Assembly (NCBI GenBank): GCA_048772705.1
Contig: JBLWGC010000180.1
Location: forward strand, 62,001-126,000
From: Leidyana gryllorum EB-2025a
Taxonomy: Eukaryota > Protista > Apicomplexa
DNA: 64,000 bases
Direction of reading: 5' to 3'
Part shown: piece after piece, positions 1-13,400 of the stretch
How the letters are laid out: each line of letters begins with the position of its first letter
Position numbering within the stretch: position 1 is the first letter of the stretch
The notes under the pieces: model-generated
The model's input: only the letters and a program-made list of their open reading frames with translations
The model's database searches: none
Told to the model about the DNA's origin: nothing
Made by a program: the position numbers and the translations under genes

Positions 1-591
1 TGTTTAGCGAATTACCTTCTGGATGGAGGTTGGGGCGGAGTGGGTCCAGGATTGGATGTTGAGGCTGCTCGGCCTCTGAGCTCGCAGGATGCCTTCATGT
101 TGAACTATCTATTGATGGAATTCCGGACAGAGAAGTTTGTTGGAGATGGTAGAGACGTGTTCCCTGGTGCAGTCTTGACTATTGTGCAACGGCTGCAGTC
201 CAAGCGCACTCCGCTGTGCGAAGCCATCTTGGTGGGGAACCGTCAAAACTTGAAGGAACTTTATTGTCGCTGGTTGCTCGCTGTTGGGCTGCCCGGTCAA
301 GGGGTCAGAAGTTGTGCCCTGCGGGAAAGATTGAAGAGTGATCTGGAGATTCACGGCTCCGGTCTCGTGATGGATCTGACCGACGAAGAGCGAATGAAAA
401 TGAAACAATATATCGGACAGAGGTGAGTAAAGTCAGATTTCTGTGGAGTTGTGCTCAGGCGCCACGATGCGAAAGAGGGAGACCCTAGTATATGCCTGGC
501 TATCTACTTCTTGCGATATGGCACTTTCAAGTCTCCAAGCTCTGGTTTGGATCGATTATCGGTTCTATTTTTAGGCTGCACCAATTCCTGA
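1..591 (+). CDS. Hypothetical protein, 3' part only (gene begins before the window)
   Basis: ORF 40-426 ends at an AG|GTGAG donor. A short intron ending TGCTCAG would carry the frame to a TGA at 589-591. No family recognised. Confidence 0.35.
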
Positions 592-1708
592 CTCCTCGTT
601 CCACTGACGAATAATATATGAATGATTATGCAATTGACCCGGGTGAACCAAACCACTCACCTGAGCGATCATGGCTCTCCGCTCCTCAGAATCTGTCCTC
701 TCATGTCTCCTTGGGGGAGGAGGTGGGCCGTCGTCTTCATAAACTCGATCCTCTGACCGTCGTCGGTCATCTCGCCCCCCCCGATCTGCAGACCGCCGGT
801 ACCCTCCACTGTTACCACTCCACTCACAGTTGTTATCACGGGGACGCTTTCGTACTCGTTCGTAATCATTGCTCCTCCATCGATCTCGCGGGGGTGCGTC
901 ACGTGTCGACCTATGGGTAGTATCGTCGTACATAAACACCCGATGAGAAGAGAGAGTTCCTTACCGCCCCTCCAACTCCTTGACTCTATTCACGTTGTAG
1001 TTAGGATGCGTTTCGTACATCCGACGCATCAACTTCCGACGCAGTGATCGCGGAATGTGCTTCAGATGCATGAAATTGCAGTAACCACCACCTGAAGAAG
1101 TAGTCTCACATTTGCTGAGTAGTGAGCTTACGCGTGCATTGACCATCAACAAACTGTCGGCAACGAGCTTCCCGAAAGTCAGTCACAGGAGAGAACTCGG
1201 CCTCAATGAGCCGTCCCGAGTAGAATCGGCCGCTCAAGCGCCGTATAGCCACCTCAGCGTCTTCCTCGTTACAATACTTGACATAAGTATTTCCTATCAT
1301 GTGGTCGCCTGAACGGACATTACACCACCGAACGGCGACTGCATTTCTTTTACCTATGTTGTCTACAACCACAGCCTCTTCAATTTCACCGAACTTTGCC
1401 AACTCATCGAATACCTCCTCAAAGAAGGCTTCGAAATGGTCTTGCGCTCCGTCCGCAACTTCATCGTCCACGTCTTGCCCTTCAGCAATTGCCAGCGCCA
1501 CCGGAGGATTTTGATACAAGTGACGCAATATCAGCGTTTGGCCGCTAGTAGGCTTATAGTGAGTTCTTGAGCATTGGTCTCCATGCCGGCAGGCACCAAT
1601 CTTCCAGTAGAAAGGACAATTTACCCTGAACGCAGCATTATAGTACCTCCCTGTTGTTACCTACCTGTCCTCTTCAGTACCGATGATGCGAGCGAAGTGC
1701 TCAGCCAT
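571..1708 (-). CDS. U2AF1: U2 snRNP auxiliary factor small subunit (U2AF35), 5 introns
   Basis: The spliced product reads [37 protein letters not shown] (CCCH1), then an RRM/UHM (..DNIGDHMIGNTYVKY..), CCCH2 (DFREARCRQF..CTRGGYCNFMH) and an RS/RD-rich tail ending RRAMIAQWNEE. Introns include 1626-1664, 1309-1353 and 604-660. Confidence 0.96.
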
Positions 1709-1752
1709 TCCCAAAAGGTAAAAAAATCCGCTCACTGCATGCTCCTTGTACA

Positions 1753-4204
1753 ATGACGGTGTTGGATGCTTCCACATATGGAGATGTCATTCGCTCAGCA
1801 GACTCTCTTATAACCCTTATCACGCACCAGAATACGTTCCTGCGGGAAACACAATTAGAGGCCCATCCAATAGCCTTACGTACCGAATTACCGATTGCCA
1901 TTCACGCGACTAATCAGCATGTACCCATCCTGGCTCCTCAGGTGTGAGCTCAGAACTTTCTTGTGACCCTCTGTACTCTGCAGGCCTTCTTGCGACCTCA
2001 CTGCGGTTGTCGTCTCAAGACAGCGTACAACGGGGAAAGCCAGGCAGTCGGCGCCGCTGTCGCTGAATTCGAGTCGAACCTGAGAGAGAAAGAGGTGGAG
2101 ATTGCTTCTCTTCGCTCTGGATGTGAGGCTCTGGAAAGAGAGTTGTCGCTCGTAAGTGGAAGACTTGGTGACAGTGACATGAACCTAGGCGAATAAACGT
2201 ATGGAGACGACTGCTGCCGAGCTCCGCCTTGCTGATTTGAAGCGACAACAACTGGAGAGCCAGGCTCCGCCGGGTGTTGAGGTGCACAAATACGAAGAGG
2301 CGCTTGACACAATCAAAAAGTTGCAATCTGAATTGAAGTTGATCACTGCGAAGGCGGAACAGCCACCCAAGTCGACTACCCCCCATGTGGAGGCGAAGAG
2401 CACTAAAGCATCTCCACCTCCGCCAAACTTGAAACTGCAAGAGAACAATAACCAGCCAGAGCTATCTCGCTTAAGGGACGACTTGAGACAGGCGCAGGCT
2501 GAGCTGGCGGCTATGGATGAGATCAGGATGCAGGAGAAGCAGTTGTATACCGCAGCATTGGAAGAGAAAGAGGCCATGCTGGATGCCCGAATATTTGGTA
2601 CAAGAAATGAATTAATTGAGCTGGAGCAGCAATTAATGAAAGCAAAGGAAATATGTCATCGTATATATAATGACATGCCGACGGACCTTCGCAAAAACTT
2701 GAGCATATCAGATAATCTCCGAGACATCGAACATGACCTGATGAGTATTGAAACCTTGATCCAAAGATTGGCTCGTCGCACTTTTATTCCTACCCCGTCT
2801 GCAGAGCTAAAGTGCTTCTCCTCTCCCCAACCCATCACTCCTCCACCAGACCGGTCGGGTGAGGATCTTACGAAGAAGTCTTCACCACCTCCCACATCCA
2901 CTAGTCAACCAAAAACATCAGCCTCTAGCCTGAAAGAAAGCTCTCCTAAGAAGATCCGTACCAACTCAACATCAGAGTCCACCCGTACCATCAAGAAGGC
3001 AAACTCATCAAAATCAGTCAATGCCGTCTCCAAGAGGAAATCAAGCCTGAAAACTTCGAATGGTGAATCGTCTTCTGCCCCTCCTCTAAAGAGGAAAGTG
3101 GGGACTCCTCCGGAAAAAGCAAATCCTGGCGTGGTCAAAGAACCAGGCGACAGTAGCGATGCCAAGCCCAAGACCAAAAAGAAGTCGTCTGCTGGCAAAC
3201 AACTTACAGACCATCCTGCCGACAAGACAATCGAAGATGTTACAGGTGATCAAGCGGTCAAAGGTGATAGTTGGTTAGCTATGATAAGCGACATGTTGAT
3301 CCCTTCCGCTCTATCACGACCATCGCAACCCAACACTGACCTTCCACAAGACACGAGTAGTACTTCTCAGATCGCACCCCATGTTTCACCTCGGGCACAT
3401 CATCAGCTAGTCAATGAGATCCCAAGGGCTCCGCTGCCCTCACCACAGGTTGACGTAGCTGCCAAGCCATTGACACCGGAATCGAGAAGTCAGAAATCGA
3501 CCAACGGTAGTGTGGCCATCAAGAAGTCGACCAAAGCGCCTCTCAAGAAAGTGAAGACCCCCAAAACGAAGCGTCCGGTGGGGCCCGCAGATAGCCAACC
3601 ATCATCGAAGTCGATAGCGGATGAGCAAGAAGGTTCCTTGGCGCAACCTCTACTGGAACAGGATGCCCAAGGAACTGAATCAGCAGTTAATCAGACACTG
3701 ATACACTCTGAAAAGAAGGTACGGGACACGGCGGTGCCGTCGCCCGAAGGGAAACTTGATCCCAAAGGACGAAAGGACCAGGCTGTAGCTCCACAGCCTC
3801 ACGTGGCTGACGAAATTCCCGAGCGGAGTATGAGTGGGACGCAAGGGGGATCTCCTCCCAAATCTACTGCCGTCGAGGAAGGTGCCTCAAGTGCTCAACA
3901 AGCACCTGAAGCGTCGTCTCAGGACGCCCCACCAGGCGCAGAACCGAACAAGCAGCTGGTGAAACACCGAAGGAGTGTCTCAGGCAAGCCCTTGGCGAAG
4001 TCCAGCCTAGAGTCATCCAAAGTGCCATCTGCCTCCCCGAAAGTCAAGCAAAAAATGGGCAGAACGGATGACACCTTCAGCACAAATGACACCACAACAC
4101 CAATAGTCCAGAAAGCATCTCCAAGCCCGCCCCCCAAACAACGGGGACCAAAGTCATTCGAAGACGAGCAAAACCTGGACTACGTCCTCGATTGGCTTTG
4201 GTGA
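1753..4204 (+). CDS. Hypothetical protein: N-terminal coiled coil followed by a long K/S/P-rich disordered region
   Basis: ORFs 1753-1947, 1963-2196 and 2201-4204 can be joined through short GT-AG introns (e.g. GTAAGT..CCTAG near 2152-2188). Heptad-like segments; C-terminus LDYVLDWLW. Confidence 0.6.
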
Positions 4205-4477
4205 GGGGCAGTGAGGTAGGAGTCCTTGGAACAAAGTCACGTACAGTTGGGACAATAGCCATATTCCACGTCTGTGTTAGTCGTATCACGATCCCAACTC
4301 AACCAAAAAGGGGCAATTGCTCAATGAGGAGATGGTTTGGCTGTGTTTGAGATCAAGTTATAGAGTCATTGAACAATGCCTTGAGTGGTCTGACACAACA
4401 AAGGAGGCAATGTTCAGATTAAAAGGGAACATCATTGAAGTAACACACAAATTCTATCTTGAAAGTCACGTAATCTC

Positions 4478-7400
4478 TCAAACAGAGGCCGTCGTGGCCA
4501 TCGTCATCGTTGCTTGCCGACTCGGGCCAGCGGTGGATGTGCGGGATGTACTCGAAGCAGTGGTGGTCGGTGTCATCTCGCCAGTGGAGGTCTTCTCACT
4601 CATGGAAAATGTGGGTTGACGAGTGGGGATGTAAGTGGTGGATTGAGTTATAGTGGTGTCTTCCGTAGTCTCTGCACCACTGTATTCCGTTTCATCCGTT
4701 GAAACAGTACGGGTGTTCTGGGTGCTACCAGCCCCCGTTATGGTAACCTCTGGGTCCGTTACAACAGTCTCCGTTCCTTGCGGTTGTAGAGTGGTAGCCT
4801 CCAAGACTGTAGTCTCAGTCACCGAGATCTGAGTACTGTCAGCATCCGTAACCGACACTTCTGGCTCTGTCACTGTTGTCTCGCTCGCCTGAGGCTCAGC
4901 TGTAGTCTTTTCCTCCGAGGCGATGGTAGTGTCAGCGGCACTTGTACTCTCGATGGGGCTGGATACCGCTGTCGTCTCACCAAATAGGGTAGTTTCCGTC
5001 GCTGCTGTCGATCCAAGTTCTGCGGTAGTCTCGGGGAAGCTGGTGGCCTCAGGTTCGGTCACCACAGTCTCAGTGCCTTGGGGCTCGACTGTTGTCGTCT
5101 CGCCGTTGGTGATTGTTCCTGACATCGTGGCATCAGACGGAGAAAGAGTCTCGGGAGCAGTGGTTTCGCCAGCTGAAGTTGTCTCGGCAGCTGAAGTTGA
5201 TTCACCAGGAGCAGTAGTCTCGGCAGCGGGAGTTGATTCAGCCGGAGCGGTGGTCTCGGCAGCTGAAGTTGATTCAGCCGGAGCGGTGGTCTCGGCAGCT
5301 GGAGTTGATTCACCAGGAGCGGTAGTTTCGGCAGCTGAAGTTGATTCACCAGGAGCTGTGGTTTCGCCCGCGGAGGTGGTTTCACCCGGACCAGTGGTCT
5401 CGCCAGCGGAAGTGGATTCACCAGGAGCAGTGGTCTCGCCAGCGGAGGTCGATTCACCCGGAGCAGTGGTTTCAGCAGCTGAAGTTGATTCACCAGGAGC
5501 TGTGGTTTCGCCCGCGGAGGTGGCTTCACCCGGACCAGTCGTCTCGCCAGCTGAGGTTGATTCACCAGGAGCAGTGGTCTCGGGCTCGGTCAAGGCACTT
5601 TCACTTCCTTGAGGCTCAACGGTGGTCGTCTCCCCCTCTGTACTGCCGTTCGACATGGTAGAGTCACCAGGAGCCGTGGTCTCGCCTCCCGAGGTTGATT
5701 CAGCAGGACCAGTGGTCTCGCCTGCCGAGGTAGATTCACCAGAAGCACTGGTTTCGCCCACAGTGGTTTCTGGTTGAGTCACTACGCTTTCAGTTCCTTG
5801 AGGCTCCACAGTTGTCGTCTCAGGCTCTGTAGTCTGGCCCGAAATGGTTGTCTCGCCAGGAACGGTAGATTCACCAGGAGGAGTGGTTTCGCCTTCCGAA
5901 GTTGATTCAGCAGGACCAGTGGTTTCGCCTGCCGAGGTAGATTCACCAGGAGCAGTGGTCTCGCCTTCCGAAGTCGATTCACCAGGAGCAGTGGTCTCGC
6001 CTCCCGAGGTTGATTCACCAGGAGCAGTGGTCTCGCCTTCCGAGGTAGATTCACCAGGAGCAGTGGTCTCGCCTTCCGAAGTCGATTCACCAGGAGCAGT
6101 GGTCTCGCCCACAGTGGTCTCTGGTTGAGTCACTACGCTTTCAGTTCCTTGAGGCTCCACAGTTGTCGTCTCAGGCTCTGTAGTCGGGCCCGACATGGTT
6201 GTCTCGCCAGAAACGGTAGATTCACCAGGAGCGGTGGTCTCTCCACCTGAGGTTGATTCACCAAGAGCAGTAGTCTCGCCGGCCATGGTGGTCTCACCAG
6301 GAGCAGTGGTCTCGCCTGCCGAGGTTGATTCACCAAGAGCAGTAGTCTCGCCGGACATGGTGGTCTCACCAGGAGCAGTGGTCTCTGGTTCAGTCACCAC
6401 GCTTTCAGTTCCTTGAGGCTCCACAGTGGTTGTCTCGTGCTCTGTAGTCTCGCCGGAAATGGTGGTTTCACCCGGAGCGCTGGTCTCGCCGGAAATGGTA
6501 GATTCACCAGGAGCAGTGGTTTCGCCCACAGTGGTCTCTGGTTGAGTCCCTACGCTTTCAGTTCCTTGAGGCTCCACAGTTGTCGTCTCAGGCTCTGTAG
6601 TCGGGCCCGACATGGTTGTCTCGCCAGAAACGGTAGATTCACCAGGAGCGGTGGTCTCTCCAGCTGAGGTTGATTCACCAAGAGCAGTAGTCTCGCCGGA
6701 CATGGTGGTCTCACCAGGAGCAGTGGTCTCTGGTTCAGTCACCACGCTTTCAGTTCCTTGAGGCTCCACAGTGGTTGTCTCGTGCTCTGTAGTCTCGCCG
6801 GACATGGTGGTTTCACCCGGAGCGCTGGTCTCGCCGGAAATGGTAGATTCACCAGGAGCGGTGGTCTCGCCGGAGATGGTAGATTCACCAGGAGCAGTGC
6901 TCTCGCCCGGCATAGTGGTCTCACCAGGAGCAGTGGTCTCTGGTTCAGTCATCACGCTTTCAGTTCCTTGAGGCTCTACAGTGGTTGTCTCGGGCTCTGT
7001 CGTCTCACCCAACATGGTAGATTCACCAGGAGCGGTGATCTCGCCGGAGATGGTAGATTCACCAGGAGCAGTGGTCTCGCCCGACATGGTGGTCTCGCCC
7101 GACATGGTGGTCTCGCCCGACATGGTGGTCTCGCCCGACATGGTGGTCTCACCAGGAGCAGTTGTCTCACCAGGAGCAGTGGTCTCTGGTTCAGTCACTA
7201 CGCTCTCTGTTCCTTGAGGCTCCACAGTGGTCGTCGCGGCCTCTGTAGTCTCGCCGGAGATGGTAGACTCACCAGGAGCGGTGGTCTCGCCGGAGATGGT
7301 AGATTCACCAGGAGCAGTGGTGTCGCCCGACATGGTGGTCTCACCAGGAGCAGTGGTCTCACCGGAAACAGTGGTCTCACCCACAGTCGTCTCTGGTTCA

Positions 7401-10400
7401 GTCACTACGCTGTCAGTTCCTTGAGGCTCCACAGTGGTCGTCTCGGGCTCTGTAGTCTCGCCCGACATGGTAGATTCACCAGGAGCGGTGGTCTCGCCGG
7501 AGATGGTAGACTCACCAGGAGCAGTGTTCTCGCCCGACATGGTAGATTCACCAGGAGCGGTGGTCTCGCCGGAGATGGTAGATTCACCAGGAGCAGTGGT
7601 CTCGCCGGAGATGGTAGACTCACCAGGAGCAGTGTTCTCGCCGGAGATGGTCGACTCACCAGGAGCAGTGGTCTCGCCGGAGATGGTAGACTCACCAGGA
7701 GTAGTGGTCTCACCGGAAACGGTAGATTCACCAGGAGCAGTGGTCTCATCCACAGTGGTCTCTGGTTCAGTCACTACGCTCTCTGTCCCTTGAGGCTCTA
7801 CAGTGGTCGTCTCAGGCTCCGTAGTCTCGCCCGATATGGTAGATTCACCAGGAGCGGTGGTCTCGCCGGAGAGTGTTGATTCACCAGGAGCAGTGGTCTC
7901 GCCCGACACGGTGGTCTCACCAGGAGCAGTGGTCTCACCGGAAACGGTAGATTCACCAGGAGCAGTGGTCTCGCCCGACACGGTGGTCTCACCAGGAGCA
8001 GTGGTCTCACCCACAGTGGTCTCTGGTTCAGTCACTACGCTCTCTGTTCCCTGAGGCTCCACAGTGGTCGTCTCGAGCTCCGTAGTCTCGCCCGACATGG
8101 TAGATTCACCAGGAGCGGTGGTCTCGCCAGAGACTGTAGATTCACCAGGAGCAGTGGTGTCGCCGGAGATGGTAGATTCACCAGGAGCGGTGGTCTCGCC
8201 AGAGACGGTAGATTCACCAGGAGCAGTGGTGTCGCCGGAGATGGTAGATTCACCAGGAGCAGTGGTGTCGCCGGAGATGGTAGATTCACCAGGAGCGGTG
8301 GTCTCGCCGGAGACGGTAGACTCACCAGGAGCAGTGGTCTCGCCCACAGTGGTCTCTGGTTCAGTCACTACGCTGTCAGTTCCTTGAGGCTCCACAGTGG
8401 TTGTCTCGGGCTCAGTAGTATCGCCCGACATAGTAGATTCACCAGGAGCAGTGGTCTCGCCTGAGATGGTAGATTCACCAGGAGCAGTGGTCTCGCCGGA
8501 GAGGGTAGATTCACCAGGAGCAGTGGTCTCGCCCGACACGGTGGTCTCTCCAGGAGCAGTGGTCTCATCGGAAACGGTAGATTCACCAGGAGCAGTGGTC
8601 TCAGCCACAGTGGTCTCAGCCACAGTGGTCTCTGGTTCAGTCACTACGCTCTCTGTCCCTTGAGGCTCTACAGTGGTCGTCTCGGGCTCCGTAGTCTCGC
8701 CCGATATGGTAGATTCACCAGGAGCGGTGGTCTCGCCGGAGAGTGTTGATTCACCAGGAGCAGTGGTCTCGCCCGACACGGTGGTCTCACCAGGAGCGGT
8801 GGTCTCGCCGGAGAGTGTTGATTCACCAGGAGCAGTGGTCTCGCCCGACACGGTGGTCTCACCAGGAGCAGTGGTCTCACCGGAAACGGTAGATTCACCA
8901 GGAGCAGTGGTCTCGCCCGAAACGTTGGTCTCACCAGGAGCAGTGGTCTCACCCACAGTGGTCTCTGGTTCAGTCACTACGCTCTCTGTTCCCTGAGGCT
9001 CCACAGTGGTCGTCTCGGGCTCCGTAGTCTCGCCCGACATGGTAGATTCACCAGGAGCGGTGGTCTCGCCAGAGACTGTAGATTCACCAGGAGCAGTGGT
9101 GTCGCCGGAGATGGTAGATTCACCAGGAGCGGTGGTCTCGCCAGAGACGGTAGATTCGCCAGGAGCAGTGGTGTCGCCGGAGATGGTAGATTCACCAGGA
9201 GCGGTGGTCTCGCCAGAGACGGTAGATTCACCAGGAGCAGTGGTGTCGCCGGAGATGGTAGATTCACCAGGAGCGGTGGTCTCGCCGGAGACGGTAGACT
9301 CACCAGGAGCAGTGGTCTCGCCCACAGTGGTCTCTGGTTCAGTCACTACGCTGTCAGTTCCTTGAGGCTCCACAGTGGTTGTCTCGGGCTCAGTAGTATC
9401 GCCCGACATAGTAGATTCACCAGGAGCAGTGGTCTCGCCTGAGATGGTAGATTCACCAGGAGCAGTGGTCTCGCCGGAGAGGGTAGATTCACCAGGAGCA
9501 GTGGTCTCGCCCGACACGGTGGTCTCTCCAGGAGCAGTGGTCTCATCGGAAACGGTAGATTCACCAGAAGCAGTGGTCTCATCCACAGTGGTCTCTGGTT
9601 CAGTCACTACGCTCTCTGTCCCTTGAGGCTCTACAGTGGTCGTCTCGGGCTCCGTAGTCTCGCCCGATATGGTAGATTCACCAGGAGCCGTGGTCTCGCC
9701 GGAGAGTGTTGATTCACCAGGAGCAGTGGTCTCGCCCGACACGGTGGTCTCACCAGGAGCAGTGGTCTCACCGGAAACGGTAGATTCACCAGGAGCAGTG
9801 GTCTCGCCCGACACGGTGGTCTCACCAGGAGCAGTGGTCTCACCCACAGTGGTCTCTGGTTCAGTCACTACGCTCTCTGTTCCCTGAGGCTCCACAGTGG
9901 TCGTCTCGGGCTCCGTAGTCTCGCCCGACATGGTAGATTCACCAGGAGCGGTGGTCTCGCCAGAGACGGTAGATTCACCAGGAGCAGTGGTGTCGCCGGA
10001 GATGGTAGATTCACCAGGAGCGGTGGTCTCGCCAGAGACGGTAGATTCACCAGGAGCAGTGGTGTCGCCGGAGATGGTAGATTCACCAGGAGCGGTGGTC
10101 TCGCCGGAGACGGTAGACTCACCAGGAGCAGTGGTCTCGCCCACAGTGGTCTCTGGTTCAGTCACTACGCTGTCAGTTCCTTGAGGCTCCACAGTGGTCG
10201 TCTCGGGCTCCGTAGTCTCGCCCGACATGGTAGATTCACCAGGAGCGGTGGTCTCGCCAGAGATGGTAGATTCACCAGGAGCGGTGGTGTCGCCGGAGAT
10301 GGTAGATTCACCAGGAGCGGTGGTCTCGCCAGAGACGGTAGATTCACCAGGAGCAGTGGTGTCGCCGGAGATGGTAGATTCACCAGGAGCGGTGGTCTCG

Positions 10401-13400
10401 CCGGAGACGGTAGACTCACCAGGAGCAGTGGTCTCGCCCACAGTGGTCTCTGGTTCAGTCACTACGCTGTCAGTTCCTTGAGGCTCCACAGTGGTCGTCT
10501 CGGGCTCCGTAGTCTCGCCCGACATGGTAGATTCACCAGGAGCGGTGGTCTCGCCAGAGACGGTAGATTCACCAGGAGCAGTGGTCTCGCCTGAGATGGT
10601 AGACTCACCAGGAGCAGTGGTCTCGCCGGAGAGGGTAGATTCACCAGGAGCAGTGGTCTCGCCCGACACGGTGGTCTCTCCAGGAGCAGTGGTCTCATCG
10701 GAAACGGTAGATTCACCAGGAGCAGTGGTCTCAGCCACAGTGGTCTCTGGTTCAGTCACTACGCTCTCTGTCCCTTGAGGCTCTACAGTGGTCGTCTCGG
10801 GCTCCGTAGTCTCGCCCGATATGGTAGATTCACCAGGAGCGGTGGTCTCGCCGGAGAGTGTTGATTCACCAGGAGCAGTGGTCTCGCCCGACACGGTGGT
10901 CTCACAAGGAGCAGTGGTCTCACCGGAAACGGTAGATTCACCAGGAGCAGTGGTCTCGCCCGACACGGTGGTCTCACCAGGAGCAGTGGTCTCACCCACA
11001 GTGGTCTCTGGTTCAGTCACTACGCTCTCTGTTCCCTGAGGCTCCACAGTGGTCGTCTCGGGCTCCGTAGTCTCGCCCGACATGGTAGATTCACCAGGAG
11101 CGGTGGTCTCGCCAGAGACGGTAGATTCACCAGGAGCAGTGGTGTCGCCGGAGATGGTAGATTCACCAGGAGCGGTGGTCTCGCCAGAGACGGTAGATTC
11201 ACCAGGAGCAGTGGTGTCGCCGGAGATGGTGGATTCACCAGGAGCGGTGGTCTCGCCGGAGACGGTAGACTCACCAGGAGCAGTGGTCTCGCCCACAGTG
11301 GTCTCTGGTTCAGTCACTACGCTGTCAGTTCCTTGAGGCTCCACAGTGGTTGTCTCGGGCTCTGTAGTATCGCCCGACATGGTAGATTCACCAGGAGCGG
11401 TGGTCTCGCCGGAGATGGTAGATTCACCAGGAGCAGTGGTCTCGCCGGAGAGGGTAGACTCACCAGGAGCAGTGGTCTCGCCCGACACGGTGGTCTCACC
11501 AGGAGCAGTGGTCTCACCGGAAACGGTAGATTCACCAGGAGCAGTGGTCTCAGCCACAGTGGTCTCTGGTTCAGTCACTACGCTCTCTGTTCCTTGAGGC
11601 TCCACAGTGGTCGTCTCGGGCTCCGTAGTCTCGCCCGACATGGTAGATTCACCAGGAGCGGTGGTTTCACCCGGCATAGTGGTCTCACCAGAAGCAGTGG
11701 TCTCACCAGAGATGGTGGATTCACCAGGAGCAGTGGTCTCTGGTTCACTCACTACGCTGTCGGTTCCTTGAGGCTCCACAGTGGTGGTGCCAGGCTCGGT
11801 ACTCTCGCCCGACAGGGTGGTCTCACCAGGAGCAGTGGTCTCACCCGAGATGGTGGATTCACCAGGAGCGGTGGTCTCGCCGGAGACGGTAGATTCACCA
11901 GGAGCAGTGGTCTCGCCGGAGAGGGTAGACTCACCAGGAGCAGTGGTCTCAGCCACAGTGGTCTCTGGTTCAGTCACTACGCTCTCTGTTCCTTGAGGCT
12001 CCACAGTGGTCGTCTCGGGCTCCGTAGTCTCGCCCGACATGGTAGATTCACCAGGAGCAGTGGTCTCACCCGAGATGGTGGATTCACCAGGAGCAGTGGT
12101 CTCGCTCGGCATAGTGGTCTCACCAGGAGCAGTGGTCTCTGGTTCAGTCACTACGCTGTCGGTTCCTTGAGGTTCCACAGTGGTGGTGCCAGGCTCGGTA
12201 CTCTCGCCCGACAGGGTGGTCTCACCAGGAGCAGTGGTCTCGCCCGAGATGGTGGATTCACCGGGAGCAGTGGTCTCGCTCGGCATAGTGGTCTCACCAG
12301 GAGCAGTGGTCTCTGGTTCAGTCACTACGCTGTCGGTTCCTTGAGGCTCCACAGTGGTGGTGCCAGGCTCGGTACTCTCGCCCGACAGGGTGGTCTCACC
12401 AGGAGCAGTGGTCTCGCCCGAGATGGTGGTTTCACCAGGAGCAGTGATTTCACCGGAGATGGTAGACTCACCAGGAGCAGTGGTCTCAGGATCAGTCAAT
12501 ACGCTTTCGGTTCCTTGAGGCTCGACGGTTGTCGTCTCAGGCTCTGTAGTCTGGCCCGACATGGTGGTCTCACCAAGCCCTGTGGATTCACCCGGAGCAG
12601 TGGTTTCGCCGGAGATGGTGGATTCCACAGGAGCGGTGATTTCGCCGGAGATGGTAGACTCACCAGGAGCTGTCGTCTCGCCAGCCGAGGTGGATTCACT
12701 AGGAGAAGTGGTTTCGCCCACAGTGGTCTCCGGCTCAGTCACTACGCTTTCAGTCCCTTGAGGCTCGACAGTCGTCGTCTCAGGCTCTGTAGTCGGGCCC
12801 GAAATGGTTGTCTCGCCAGGAGCTGTTGTCTCGCTTGCCGAGGTAGATTCAACAGGAGCAGTGGTTTCGCCGGAAATGCTGGATTCACCGGGAGCAGTGC
12901 TTTCGCCGGGAACGGTAAGCTCGCTAGAGATTGTTGATTCGGTGGCAGCAGTAATCCCGCCAGATATGGTCGATTCGCCAAGACCAGTGGTCTCATCAGA
13001 GATGGTCGACTCCACCGAAGCAGTTGTCTCCGCAGAGCTGGTCGATGCACTCGGCGCGGTGGTTTCGCCCACGGTCGATTCTGGTGTAGTAAGAACACTC
13101 TCAGTTCCCTGAGGCTCCACCGTTGTCGTTTCGGGCTCGATGGAGCCGGTCGAGAGGGTAGATTCCAACGAAGTGGTGGTTTCGTCCGGCATGGCGGAGG
13201 CACCAGAAGCAGTGGTTTCGATGGCAGTGGTTTCGATGGACGTGATTTCCTCCGACAAAGTTGACTCAACAGCCACTGTGGTCTCGATGGAGCGGGTAGC
13301 TTCACCAGACGCGGTGGTCTCGCCAAAAGTGGTAGATCCACCAGGGACGGTAGTCTCCCCCGGCGTCGTAGCTTCCGGTTCCGTTAAGACGCTTTCGGTT

